The notes under the pieces: generated by a model
The model's database searches: none
The model's input: only the letters and a program-made list of their open reading frames with translations
Told to the model about the DNA's origin: nothing
From: a virus
IMG/VR virus record: IMGVR_UViG_3300045988_139943
Span: 1 to 33,987 of that record
Length of the DNA stretch: 33,987 nt
Reading direction: 5' to 3' (one strand)
Program-made: the position numbers and the translations under genes
Shown: one piece after another, positions 1 through 7,290 of the stretch
How positions within the stretch are numbered: the first letter of the stretch is position 1
Layout of the letters: each line of letters begins with the position of its first letter

Positions 1-120
1 AAACGCCTACTCCTAAAAATTCTGTGTTCGAACTTTTTATATGACGGCTCAAACCTAGTTATAAAGCTAAAAAGCACCGTTGAGCCAATGCTCTTAGGTG
101 CTAATTTTAATAATGGTGGA
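1..120. repeat. Terminal direct repeat. 1-120 recurs at 33868-33987, identical except one extra C at 33901 relative to window position 33/34. It marks the window as one circularly closed or circularly permuted genome unit of about 33,867 bp.
   Basis: Direct comparison of the first and last ~120 nt. The repeat lies inside the recombinase coding sequence, so it is not an att site. Confidence 0.85.
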
Positions 121-228
121 CTCAAAGAGGAGACGTTAGAACTTTTAGCAAGAAAACTATACGACTCTGTCCGAGATAAAAATAATGTTATCTTTTTTGA
201 GCGTCTTAAATTTTTAAAAATTGCATAG
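1..228 (+). CDS. Large serine recombinase, C-terminal segment. It continues the ORF that starts at 32516 across the circular junction. Window position 1 is codon position 1 and the stop TAG is at 226-228.
   Basis: Translation is KRLLLKILCSNFLYDGSNLVIKLKSTVEPMLLGANFNNGGLKEETLELLARKLYDSVRDKNNVIFFERLKFLKIA*. The KRLLL-KIL...VIKLK tail is the characteristic C-terminal motif of large serine recombinases. Confidence 0.7.
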   Translation, partial: KRLLLKILCSNFLYDGSNLVIKLKSTVEPMLLGANFNNGGLKEETLELLARKLYDSVRDKNNVIFFERLKFLKIA

Positions 229-271
229 TTAATTTTTCAGCCGTAAATATTCCTTAAAAATATTCCAATAC

Positions 272-305
272 TAAAAAACCCCTAGCCGTAAAGCGTAGGG
301 GTTTT
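272..305. terminator. Bidirectional Rho-independent terminator between the convergent recombinase (+) and endolysin (-) genes.
   Basis: aaaaaaCCCCTAGCcgtaaaGCGTAGGGGtttta. A GC-rich 8-9 bp stem with one bulge, flanked by an A-run on one side and a T-run on the other. Confidence 0.55.
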
Positions 306-328
306 AGATAGATAAGGAGTATATGACA

Positions 329-787
329 TTAAATCTTTTTAATAAAAATTTTTAAATCATTGAGTCTGTTTAGCCAGCCTTTTAAAAATATTTTCTGATT
401 GCCGTATTTTGCAAACTCTCTATATTTTTCCTCTCTGGCTTTTATAAATTTCTCTGGGTCTTTCCATTGAGCGGCCTTTAAAAATTCTTGCACTCGTCCG
501 ACTCCCATATTTACAGCCGTATCAAAAGCTAATACAGCGAAAATTTTAGACATTTTCTGACAGCCAGCTTTTAGCCAGTAGTTTTTATAGTAAATGTCCT
601 CAACTTCTTTCTGGGAGATAAATTTTACATCTTTACGCTGTAATCCTTTTGATACTAGCCAGCTGTTATAAGTGCTTTGTGTAATACCTTTATTAGTAGC
701 TCCTCCTTTGTCGTTAGGGTTATTGACGTAGCCTCCCTCCCACTTTAAAACAAAATTTAGAGCTTTCTTAAATAATTCGTCTGACAT
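329..787 (-). CDS. Endolysin: glycoside hydrolase family 108 lysozyme domain plus a PG_binding_3-like C-terminal tail.
   Basis: The N-terminal ALNFVLKWEGGYVNNPNDKGGATNKGIT motif is typical of GH108. The C-terminal ...KGWLNRL is typical of PG_binding_3. It is the last gene of the late operon. Confidence 0.8.
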   Translation of the reverse strand: MSDELFKKALNFVLKWEGGYVNNPNDKGGATNKGITQSTYNSWLVSKGLQRKDVKFISQKEVEDIYYKNYWLKAGCQKMSKIFAVLAFDTAVNMGVGRVQEFLKAAQWKDPEKFIKAREEKYREFAKYGNQKIFLKGWLNRLNDLKIFIKKI

Positions 788-802
788 TATTTACATCTCC
801 TT

Positions 803-1039
803 TTATTTTTTTTCGATAATGTAGTCATAAATTTTATCAATTTTGACAAAAATATCGTCTAACTGTTTTTGCTGTCTACTTACTTCCAACTTTGTAGCGT
901 AGGTCTGCTCTATTTTCTGGTCGTATTCGTTCAATCTTTTTTCTAATACTGCAGGGGTTACAAAGACATTGTAGGTAAGTAAAAACCCCAGTATAACTAT
1001 AATTACTGGGGCGTATTGTACAAATTTATCTTTATCCAT
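803..1039 (-). CDS. Holin-like small membrane protein: one N-terminal TM helix plus a charged coiled-coil tail.
   Basis: 78 aa. Hydrophobic segment YAPVIIVILGFLLTYNVFV, then a K/E/D-rich C-terminus. Sits directly upstream of the endolysin. Confidence 0.45.
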   Translation of the reverse strand: MDKDKFVQYAPVIIVILGFLLTYNVFVTPAVLEKRLNEYDQKIEQTYATKLEVSRQQKQLDDIFVKIDKIYDYIIEKK

Positions 1040-1045
1040 TTACTC

Positions 1046-1339
1046 CTACTCCTTTGTAATCCCCTCGATTTTTGCTCTGAGTTTGTCGTAGATTTTTTGA
1101 GTTGTTTTAGGGACTCTGGCTATGAAAAAGTCTAGCAAAATATCTAACAAGACATTTTTACCTTTTAATAGCGTTAATTCTTTAACTAAAAAAGCGTCTA
1201 CTATTTCTTTTTTCTCATATCCCTGTAAATTTTCTTTAGCCAAGTTAATAATTTTATCTTTGACCTGGTCTTTTAAATCAGAGTATTTGTCCAAAACTTC
1301 TCCGAGTTTTGCTTTAAAAGTGTTTTTGTTGATAAACAT
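1046..1339 (-). CDS. Hypothetical protein of the lysis cassette (97 aa, no TM).
   Basis: ORF in the operon with good coding periodicity. No recognisable motif. Confidence 0.4.
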   Translation of the reverse strand: MFINKNTFKAKLGEVLDKYSDLKDQVKDKIINLAKENLQGYEKKEIVDAFLVKELTLLKGKNVLLDILLDFFIARVPKTTQKIYDKLRAKIEGITKE

Positions 1340-1369
1340 AGTTTAAATCTCCTCTTTTTCCGATACTAA

Positions 1370-1495
1370 CTACTGTACGATATAGTCGTACTCTTCACGA
1401 GTAATTAAACCTGACTCGTAACGGTCGATTAGCTGGTCTTTTGTAATTCTCCCAGCATTGTAAAGCCTTTTTAAGCTTTCTATTAAAATTCTCAT
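1370..1495 (-). CDS. XkdX-family small phage protein (41 aa).
   Basis: Below the size cutoff of the supplied ORF track. MRILIESLKRLYNAGRITKDQLIDRYESGLITREEYDYIVQ. The ATG overlaps the TAA of the upstream gene (TAATG). The xITxEQYxxI motif and the position after tail fibre/XkdW match XkdX. Confidence 0.55.
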   Translation of the reverse strand: MRILIESLKRLYNAGRITKDQLIDRYESGLITREEYDYIVQ

Positions 1496-1803
1496 TAGAT
1501 AACACCCTCCTCTATAAGCTGTAAAGTGTACTCGTCGATAATTTCAGACTCACGACGTAGAGTCAGAGAGTTTAGAGCCTCTGAGACTGTGTTTCTATAT
1601 TGAGAAGTCTTATAGAGTTCATACTCTCCCTGAGTTAAAAAAGCCTCGTCATAAGTGTATTTAACGATATGCTCTCCTAACTCCGTCTCAACTTCTACAG
1701 CCTCGATTTTTTCCCTAATAAAAACGCCGTCTGGTGATGATGTTGTATCAATCTCAGACGGACGTATTAAGCTCTCAGCTTTTCTGTAGCATAATTCAGC
1801 CAT
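1495..1803 (-). CDS. XkdW-like or hypothetical acidic protein (102 aa) directly downstream of the DGR RT. Not Avd-like.
   Basis: Size and position immediately before the XkdX-like ORF. Very acidic, whereas Avd proteins are basic four-helix bundles. Confidence 0.35.
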   Translation of the reverse strand: MAELCYRKAESLIRPSEIDTTSSPDGVFIREKIEAVEVETELGEHIVKYTYDEAFLTQGEYELYKTSQYRNTVSEALNSLTLRRESEIIDEYTLQLIEEGVI

Positions 1804-1808
1804 TTTAA

Positions 1809-2912
1809 TTACTCCTTTCTCTTTTTAAAATGGTTACTTATCAATTTTTTACAAAGTTTGATTTTTACATTAGGCTCTATATATTTCTTAAAAGCCTTAT
1901 AAGTATTTGTAGCCTTAAACCAACCCATATAGCTTAAAAGCTGGCATGAGTCATACCAAGTAATCTGTTTTTTACTCCCCATTCTTCTAGCTTTACGGAT
2001 TGCTCTTAGAAAAATTTTAGCTCTTATAGTTGTTTTATCTCTGTAGAACTTAAACCCCATAAAGTCGATAGGACGTCCTCTACGATTGCCGTTTTTGTCT
2101 ATGTAATCAAACCTAAAAATCTGATAATTAGATTTAACCTCTAAATCAATAGAGGCTAAATAGTCTTTAATTCTTTCAAAATTCTTATGTAATTCTTTTT
2201 TATTTCGTCCAAAAATTACAATATCGTCCATATACCTAACGTAGCATTTCGCTTTTAATTCCTCTTTTACAAAGTGGTCAAAGTCTTGTAAAAACCAATT
2301 TGCAAACCATTGAGACGTATAAAAGCCGATAGGTAAACCCTCTCTAAATTCTTCTCCTCTGAGTTCTGCAGAGTTAGAGTCCAGTACAAAAAATATCAGC
2401 TTTAACATCTTCTCATCATGTATAGTTTTTCTGAGTTTGTCTTTTAAAATATCAATATTGATACTTTGATAAAAATGTTTAATATCCAATTTTAAAACAT
2501 ATTTAATCTCAGCTTTATTTTTTTTGATAAATTTCTCTATATACTTTTTACCATAATGGACACCTCGTCCCGGAATAGACCCACAGGAATATTCATACAT
2601 ACCTTTATAAAATATCGGCTGTAAGGTTTTAACTACGACGTGCTGAGTCCATTGTTCAGGATAAAAATAAGGCTGTATTACAACTCTCTTTTTAAGTAAA
2701 AAGCCGTCGTTAATCTCTACTGCATTATGTTTTATGGGGGTATATTCCCCTTTAATAAGCCAATCCCTATATTTTTTAACGTATTTATCTAAGTTTTTAA
2801 AAATTTTGTCGACTTCTGGTCTGTTTCTCTTACCTTTGCTTGCACCACTCAGCGACGATAAAATAATATCGTCGCTTATCGCAATTTCAAAGAGGTGATT
2901 ATATGATTTCAT
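1809..2912 (-). CDS. DGR-type reverse transcriptase.
   Basis: 367 aa. RT motif 5 YMDD (VRYMDDIVIFG). Motif 4 LPIGFYTSQWFANWFL resembles the DGR-specific IGNLTSQ signature. It sits 120 bp from TR1 on the same strand. Confidence 0.85.
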   Translation of the reverse strand: MKSYNHLFEIAISDDIILSSLSGASKGKRNRPEVDKIFKNLDKYVKKYRDWLIKGEYTPIKHNAVEINDGFLLKKRVVIQPYFYPEQWTQHVVVKTLQPIFYKGMYEYSCGSIPGRGVHYGKKYIEKFIKKNKAEIKYVLKLDIKHFYQSINIDILKDKLRKTIHDEKMLKLIFFVLDSNSAELRGEEFREGLPIGFYTSQWFANWFLQDFDHFVKEELKAKCYVRYMDDIVIFGRNKKELHKNFERIKDYLASIDLEVKSNYQIFRFDYIDKNGNRRGRPIDFMGFKFYRDKTTIRAKIFLRAIRKARRMGSKKQITWYDSCQLLSYMGWFKATNTYKAFKKYIEPNVKIKLCKKLISNHFKKRKE

Positions 2913-3032
2913 TCTCTTACTAAAACCTCACGAGCTTTCTACAAGTTACTGGCCCATGCCTCTTTGTCGGTTAATTTTTACCGAGTGGTATGGATAATAA
3001 ACCACATTGTAAGTATTGTATCTTTAGTAATT
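2913..3032 (-). other. DGR spacer between TR1 and the RT start codon. No ORF. Expected part of the TR-containing non-coding RNA that primes cDNA synthesis.
   Basis: No open frame on the - strand. Analogous position to the TR-brt spacer of characterised DGRs. Confidence 0.45.
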
Positions 3033-3143
3033 GAGCGACACGCCATAGTTCCAATTCGAAATAGAAGAGGCGTTGTTGACATTGAACGCAAAAGCACCAA
3101 CCAACAAGCCGTCATTCGGATTGCTACCAAAGCGAGCGAAACC
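3033..3143 (-). repeat. DGR template repeat TR1 (111 bp).
   Basis: 104/111 identical to 3488-3598. All 7 mismatches are T on the + strand of TR, which is A on the coding strand. On the - strand it reads open as GFARFGSNPNDGLLVGAFAFNVNNASSISNWNYGVSL with seven AAY codons. Confidence 0.85.
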
Positions 3144-3174
3144 CTGAATTATTACCCATAATTTTTTAGTATGC

Positions 3175-3284
3175 GAGCGACACGCCATAGTTCCAAACTG
3201 TATGAGAGCTGGGGTTATTCACAGTAAGAGCAAAACAACCAGCTAAAAAGCTCTCCAGCGAACTCGAACCAAAGCGAGCGAAAC
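3175..3284 (-). repeat. Second, divergent TR-like cassette (TR2) in tandem with TR1.
   Basis: It shares the 22-nt 3' end gagcgacacgccatagttccaa and the 16-nt 5' end ccaaagcgagcgaaac with TR1. The central ~70 nt are divergent. It is open in the equivalent frame: SFARFGSSSLESFLAGCFALTVNNPSSHTVWNYGVSL. It is intergenic. Confidence 0.65.
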
Positions 3285-3417
3285 TCGTAGTATATTATCC
3301 AAATTTTAAAAGTGCAAAACACCTAGTACGCTATGGAAAATATACCATAAATAAAAAATCTACAAGCGATTTTAACCGTAAAATCATTTACTTAGTGTAG
3401 AAAAAAAATATTTTCAT

Positions 3418-3433
3418 GAGCCTAAAGGCTCAA
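3418..3433 (-). terminator. Second hairpin downstream of the tail-fibre gene, tgagcc-taaa-ggctca, followed on the - strand by a T-rich tract. Possible terminator.
   Basis: Perfect 6-bp stem with a 4-nt loop, then ...tgaaaatattttttttc on the - strand. Confidence 0.35.
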
Positions 3434-3443
3434 TAGATTAAAT

Positions 3444-3459
3444 GGGGGATAGCTCCCCC
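3444..3459 (-). other. GC-rich hairpin immediately 3' of the tail-fibre stop and VR. Candidate DGR target-recognition hairpin/cruciform.
   Basis: On the - strand: TAG-ggggtttGGGGGAgctaTCCCCC. A 6-bp G/C stem with a 4-nt loop, about 30 nt past the end of VR/TR homology, in a ~35% GC genome. Confidence 0.6.
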
Positions 3460-3466
3460 AAACCCC

Positions 3467-5119
3467 CTAAAGAGGCTTAGAGTAAGAGAGCGACACGCCA
3501 TAGAGCCAATACGAAATAGAAGAGGCGTAGTAGACATTGAACGCAAAAGCACCAACCAACAAGCCGTCATACGGATAGCTACCAAAGCGAGCGAAACCGA
3601 CAACAGAGGAATTAGACCAGAAACCGTCGCAATAATAAGTAGAGGAAGAACCCCCAGCGTCGGACGTTGGTACAAGTCCCAATTTTGGTACTAACTTCAT
3701 ATTTTTTATGTAGCATTGAGAGACCGTCCCAGCATTTGTTACGCCAGAGTCTATATATCCGTCTCCTGTAACATTATAATCATCTACAGTAGAGCCGTCA
3801 GCCTGTCCCTCACACATTTTATATAAAAGTTTTCCGTTTTTCTGGATAAGTCCGTTAGTAAATTTCCAAATATTCCCCCACCAGTTCTCAATATGGAATA
3901 CTTTAACAGCTCCGTTGTTATTATCACCGTAAAACATACCCTTATTGTCTAAAGTCCCTGTATTAAGTTGGTTATTTGAGTTATTAGAGCCTCCAGAGTA
4001 GCGGCCTGTACCATAAACAGACTGAGTGTCTAAGGATTTACCAACCAGAATTAGTAAATAGTTGATTAAGCGTCTTAAATTGTATGGGTCTACATTCCAG
4101 CCGTTACCGTTAGCCTTAGCGTAAGCCATTTGAGTATCACCAGCGACATTTTTACAAATTGCTTGACCTGATAAAGAACGGATTTTATTACTGATATTTG
4201 AGCCGTCGTAAATAGCTCGATATACATTTTTATTGTATGTACCGTCCTTACGGATATGAGTAAAACAGTCGTAGGAGTCGTCTATTTGCTTGTTTGCGAT
4301 ATAGATATGTTTACGTCCGTTTATTTCCTCCTCTTTAATCCAGATTTGTCCTATTTCTACCATAGCGTTACCACCATAAGAACTATTAGCAACATCTGAG
4401 GCTGGGCCGTTAAGTTTTTTGCTGTAATTGTTAGGGTCTAAATAATAGTCTACTGTGCCGTCATACTTTAACATACAAGGCTTAAACAAATTCATAAAAA
4501 AGGCGTCTCCCCAAGAGCCATAGTTGAAAACTCCACTATTATAATCCATGCCAGCTGGCGTAAATTTTTCGTTTTTACTCCCTGCAGGGTAAGATACAGC
4601 ACCACTAGGCAAAGCGTTATTAGGGTCGATTACAAACTCGTAAATCTCAGCACTCCCAAACCTGTTAGAGTCGTTTAAGTTTACGACATTGTTTTTAGAG
4701 ACTGGAAATACGCTATAAAAATACTCGTTATCCTCATCAGGTAGAGTATCAACCAACGCTACTGTGTCGTAAGCGTTTCTGGTAGTATTTTCGACGATTA
4801 TATCTCCGTCTTTTTCATTCTCTGGATAACTTCCAGCTTTTCTTACTACTATTGTTTTTTTCCAAGAGCATAGTGTTAAATCTTCTATAACCGTATCGCT
4901 AGGGTCTTTCCAGTTCAAAGATACTGTAGTCCCCTCTTTTTCTATTCTAAGATTTTTACAATTTGACGGAGGTATGCCAGCTCGTAAAGCAATATCGCCT
5001 ACAGCTGAGTCTATTGTATCAAAGTTATTATTTAAAGCCTTTGTAATATTAAATTTTTCTTTTTTGTCAGCCTCTGCGTCATATTTAAAAAGTTTTAGAT
5101 TTTCTGTAGTATTTGACAT
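3467..5119 (-). CDS. Tail fibre / receptor-binding protein, DGR target (550 aa) with a C-terminal C-type-lectin-fold-like variable region.
   Basis: Last large structural gene after the baseplate genes. The C-terminus carries the VR. N/G/S/Y-rich beta-type composition. Confidence 0.75.
   Translation of the reverse strand: MSNTTENLKLFKYDAEADKKEKFNITKALNNNFDTIDSAVGDIALRAGIPPSNCKNLRIEKEGTTVSLNWKDPSDTVIEDLTLCSWKKTIVVRKAGSYPENEKDGDIIVENTTRNAYDTVALVDTLPDEDNEYFYSVFPVSKNNVVNLNDSNRFGSAEIYEFVIDPNNALPSGAVSYPAGSKNEKFTPAGMDYNSGVFNYGSWGDAFFMNLFKPCMLKYDGTVDYYLDPNNYSKKLNGPASDVANSSYGGNAMVEIGQIWIKEEEINGRKHIYIANKQIDDSYDCFTHIRKDGTYNKNVYRAIYDGSNISNKIRSLSGQAICKNVAGDTQMAYAKANGNGWNVDPYNLRRLINYLLILVGKSLDTQSVYGTGRYSGGSNNSNNQLNTGTLDNKGMFYGDNNNGAVKVFHIENWWGNIWKFTNGLIQKNGKLLYKMCEGQADGSTVDDYNVTGDGYIDSGVTNAGTVSQCYIKNMKLVPKLGLVPTSDAGGSSSTYYCDGFWSNSSVVGFARFGSYPYDGLLVGAFAFNVYYASSISYWLYGVSLSYSKPL
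3488..3598 (-). repeat. DGR variable repeat VR: the last 37 codons before the final 7 codons of the tail-fibre gene.
   Basis: Cognate of TR1. Encodes ...GFARFGSYPYDGLLVGAFAFNVYYASSISYWLYGVSL. The 3' end ggcgtgtcgctc is identical to TR (IMH-like GC element) and the sequence diverges after it. Confidence 0.85.
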
Positions 5120-5136
5120 ATTTTTTACTCCTTTTC

Positions 5137-5670
5137 TTAAAATTCAAACATATCTATAGTCAGCTCTTCCATTTCTTCAATCGTCTTAACTTCGTGTATT
5201 GTTTCGATAATGAGGTAACTAAACAAAGTCAAAACAGGGATATGAGCTGGCTTTACAATTCCGATAGCCTCTAAAAGACTGTTAAGATTTGCTGGAGTGC
5301 CTATCGTTTTAAATTTGAGCTGGATTTTTCCGTTAATAAAATCAGCCTCAGCCTCTCCGTCATTCCAAGAGCGACATATAGCCTGAATTAAACTAAGCGT
5401 GTTATGATTGTTACTCAACCAACGAGCCTGTATTTTTGCTCGTCTATTCTCGATAGAGTCTCCCTCCTCTGGTGAAATTTTTAAAAGATTTTCAAAATAG
5501 TTACAGCCGTCCTCATTGAGCGAGTCAAAGAAGAAATTACAGTAAAGTTCATCTATTTTAGTCTTTAAAAAGGTTAATTTATTTGATACTGGAGTTAAAA
5601 TCACATTTGTAAAAATATCCGTCCAGTATCGCTTATTTAAAAGTTTTGTTATTTTTTCTAAATAGCTCAT
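5137..5670 (-). CDS. XkdU/YmfQ-like (DUF2313-type) tail/baseplate protein.
   Basis: 177 aa. Position between the baseplate J-like gene and the tail fibre. Confidence 0.45.
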   Translation of the reverse strand: MSYLEKITKLLNKRYWTDIFTNVILTPVSNKLTFLKTKIDELYCNFFFDSLNEDGCNYFENLLKISPEEGDSIENRRAKIQARWLSNNHNTLSLIQAICRSWNDGEAEADFINGKIQLKFKTIGTPANLNSLLEAIGIVKPAHIPVLTLFSYLIIETIHEVKTIEEMEELTIDMFEF

Positions 5671-6798
5671 TTATATCACCTCAAAATCAATAGACTCTAA
5701 TACAGCGACCTCTCTATCTGTTTTACTGTTTAATATAGGGATATTGTCTGTCCCTCCATTTACGAGTAAATCTTTATAGTCAGAGATACCGTCAGAGCTT
5801 AAAATCCTAGAGCCGATTTGTGCATAAGATACATAAGTCTCATTATCATCAAAAGCTATTGAGTGTAGGTATTTCAAAATAGACTCTGTTACGGATTTCT
5901 CTACAAGTTCCTCAGTAGCTCCAGTTTTTAATTTTGCTTTATAGGATATAGCCAAATTTAAACCAGTAGCACTAACAACAGTACAGTAAGCACCTATCGG
6001 AGCTTGACCGTTTCCACACCCCCAGCCTTTTTTAACTCCGTCCTCTAAAGTGTATGGATCTATATAATCCTGAACTTTTTTAACGAGTGTACTATCGGCT
6101 GTCTCCATATTTGCGTCTACGATAATTACTTTTACAGTATTATCACCGTCCCAGAGTGGTTTTACGTCAGCCTCTCCAACTCCTGTAACTTCTTTGGCCC
6201 ATTTTTTATAGTGGTAAATATTCCCAGATGTTATAGGGTTTTGTAAATCCTCCTCGTACCTTTGGATAATGGACTCTTTGGACTCTTTCTCGTACCCTCC
6301 AGACATAGGCTCTGGATTTGTTACTTTTACAACTCCCTGAATAGTTTTAGGGATAATATTTACGCTATTCGCTGGGACGTTTCCGTCTGGGCCAGCTGTC
6401 AAACATTGAATTTTAAAGAGTTCTCCCTCAGCGACTTCTACTGTATCTACTGCCTCAAATTGTAAGCCGTCTGGAGTCTCAAAAATATCACCTGTTTTAA
6501 TAGTTCCACCGTCTCCAGTAACAAGCTGTAAATACCCTGTAGCGTAGCTCTCCTCTTTTGCTATAATTCCTCTACGTTGCTTAACAAACCTGACTAAATC
6601 GTCATAACTAAAATTTGTTAAATCGTCTAAACCTCCTATGTATAGTAAAGAGTCCCATAATTCAATAAGTGTAATACTTATAGCTCTGAGTAAATCCCAA
6701 ATATAAAAGCCTACTGTTTTCTGGTATTTGTCCGGGACTTCGGCTAACATTTCAGCCGTCAACTCCTCACTTGTTTTACTGACGTTAATAATGCTCAT
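5671..6798 (-). CDS. Baseplate J-like protein (XkdT-like).
   Basis: 375 aa. Position and size. Conserved N-terminal region typical of Baseplate_J. Confidence 0.6.
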   Translation of the reverse strand: MSIINVSKTSEELTAEMLAEVPDKYQKTVGFYIWDLLRAISITLIELWDSLLYIGGLDDLTNFSYDDLVRFVKQRRGIIAKEESYATGYLQLVTGDGGTIKTGDIFETPDGLQFEAVDTVEVAEGELFKIQCLTAGPDGNVPANSVNIIPKTIQGVVKVTNPEPMSGGYEKESKESIIQRYEEDLQNPITSGNIYHYKKWAKEVTGVGEADVKPLWDGDNTVKVIIVDANMETADSTLVKKVQDYIDPYTLEDGVKKGWGCGNGQAPIGAYCTVVSATGLNLAISYKAKLKTGATEELVEKSVTESILKYLHSIAFDDNETYVSYAQIGSRILSSDGISDYKDLLVNGGTDNIPILNSKTDREVAVLESIDFEVI

Positions 6799-6810
6799 TT
6801 TTTATACTCC

Positions 6811-7290
6811 TTATTTGATTGTGTACGCTTTTTCTACGAACGTATCTAAAAGCTCTCCGTTGTATAATTCAACTTGTATATTGAGGTTTAAATATTTGCC
6901 GTTTTTTGACATCTCTACGTTAGTAACCTCTTTTATGGCTGGGTTTAGAGGTAAACCCTCTATAATTTCTCGCTCTAGTTCTGACTCCTCAAAACCAGTA
7001 TTTACTGTTTTTTGTCCGAGTAATTTACGGTAAGATGTCCCAAAATTTGTCCCTTTATAAATGCTGTAAACATCTTTAGGGGTCAAAACAAAAAGTATAA
7101 TCCATTGTTGGATAGCCTCTATATCAGTAACAAGTTTAGGGCCTCCATTTGTAATGATTATCTGTGATTTTTCATAATTGTAAGCTGGGGTTTTACCCAG
7201 TTGAGTAGACTGAGATTTTACAGAGTCTTTATAATTTTGTATTTGTTCTCTTAAAGTATTTTCAGGAAACATTTTATAACACCTTATCAA
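6811..7290 (-). CDS. XkdS-like (DUF2634) baseplate protein.
   Basis: 159 aa. Gene order as in PBSX-like tail modules. Confidence 0.45.
   Translation of the reverse strand: MIRCYKMFPENTLREQIQNYKDSVKSQSTQLGKTPAYNYEKSQIIITNGGPKLVTDIEAIQQWIILFVLTPKDVYSIYKGTNFGTSYRKLLGQKTVNTGFEESELEREIIEGLPLNPAIKEVTNVEMSKNGKYLNLNIQVELYNGELLDTFVEKAYTIK

Noticed and set aside
1-120. Terminal 120-bp direct repeats considered as attL/attR.
   Set aside because: They fall inside the recombinase coding sequence. The recombinase reads continuously across the junction, so they are a circular-closure or terminal-redundancy overlap.
1122-1346. Antisense ORFs from the track nested in longer genes: + strand 1122-1346, 4974-5159, 6262-6465, 6728-7033, 7928-8230, 9513-9761, 12187-12402, 13640-13876, 21018-21212, 25399-25593, 27391-27675, 28700-28948; - strand 32021-32275 and 32339-32593.
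   Set aside because: Each lies antisense inside a longer, well-supported gene, has no RBS and has odd composition. They are treated as spurious.
1495-1803. Considered as the DGR accessory variability determinant (Avd), because it is a small ORF next to the RT.
   Set aside because: It is strongly acidic, whereas Avd is basic. It is also followed by an overlapping XkdX-like ORF, which matches the PBSX xkdW-xkdX pair.
2964-3161. 65-aa + strand ORF from the track overlapping TR1.
   Set aside because: It lies entirely on the template repeat and spacer in the antisense orientation to the DGR transcript. It has no RBS. It is an artefact of the open frame that TR shares with VR.
3033-3598. The three copies gagcgacacgccatag...ccaaagcgagcgaaac considered as a CRISPR-like or other interspersed repeat array.
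   Set aside because: Only three copies with unequal spacing. One is inside a coding region. The mismatches are adenine-specific, which marks a DGR TR/VR pair, not CRISPR.
3430-3675. 81-aa - strand ORF from the track across the VR region.
   Set aside because: It is an alternate frame of the tail-fibre 3' end. The 550-aa frame accounts for the coding signal.
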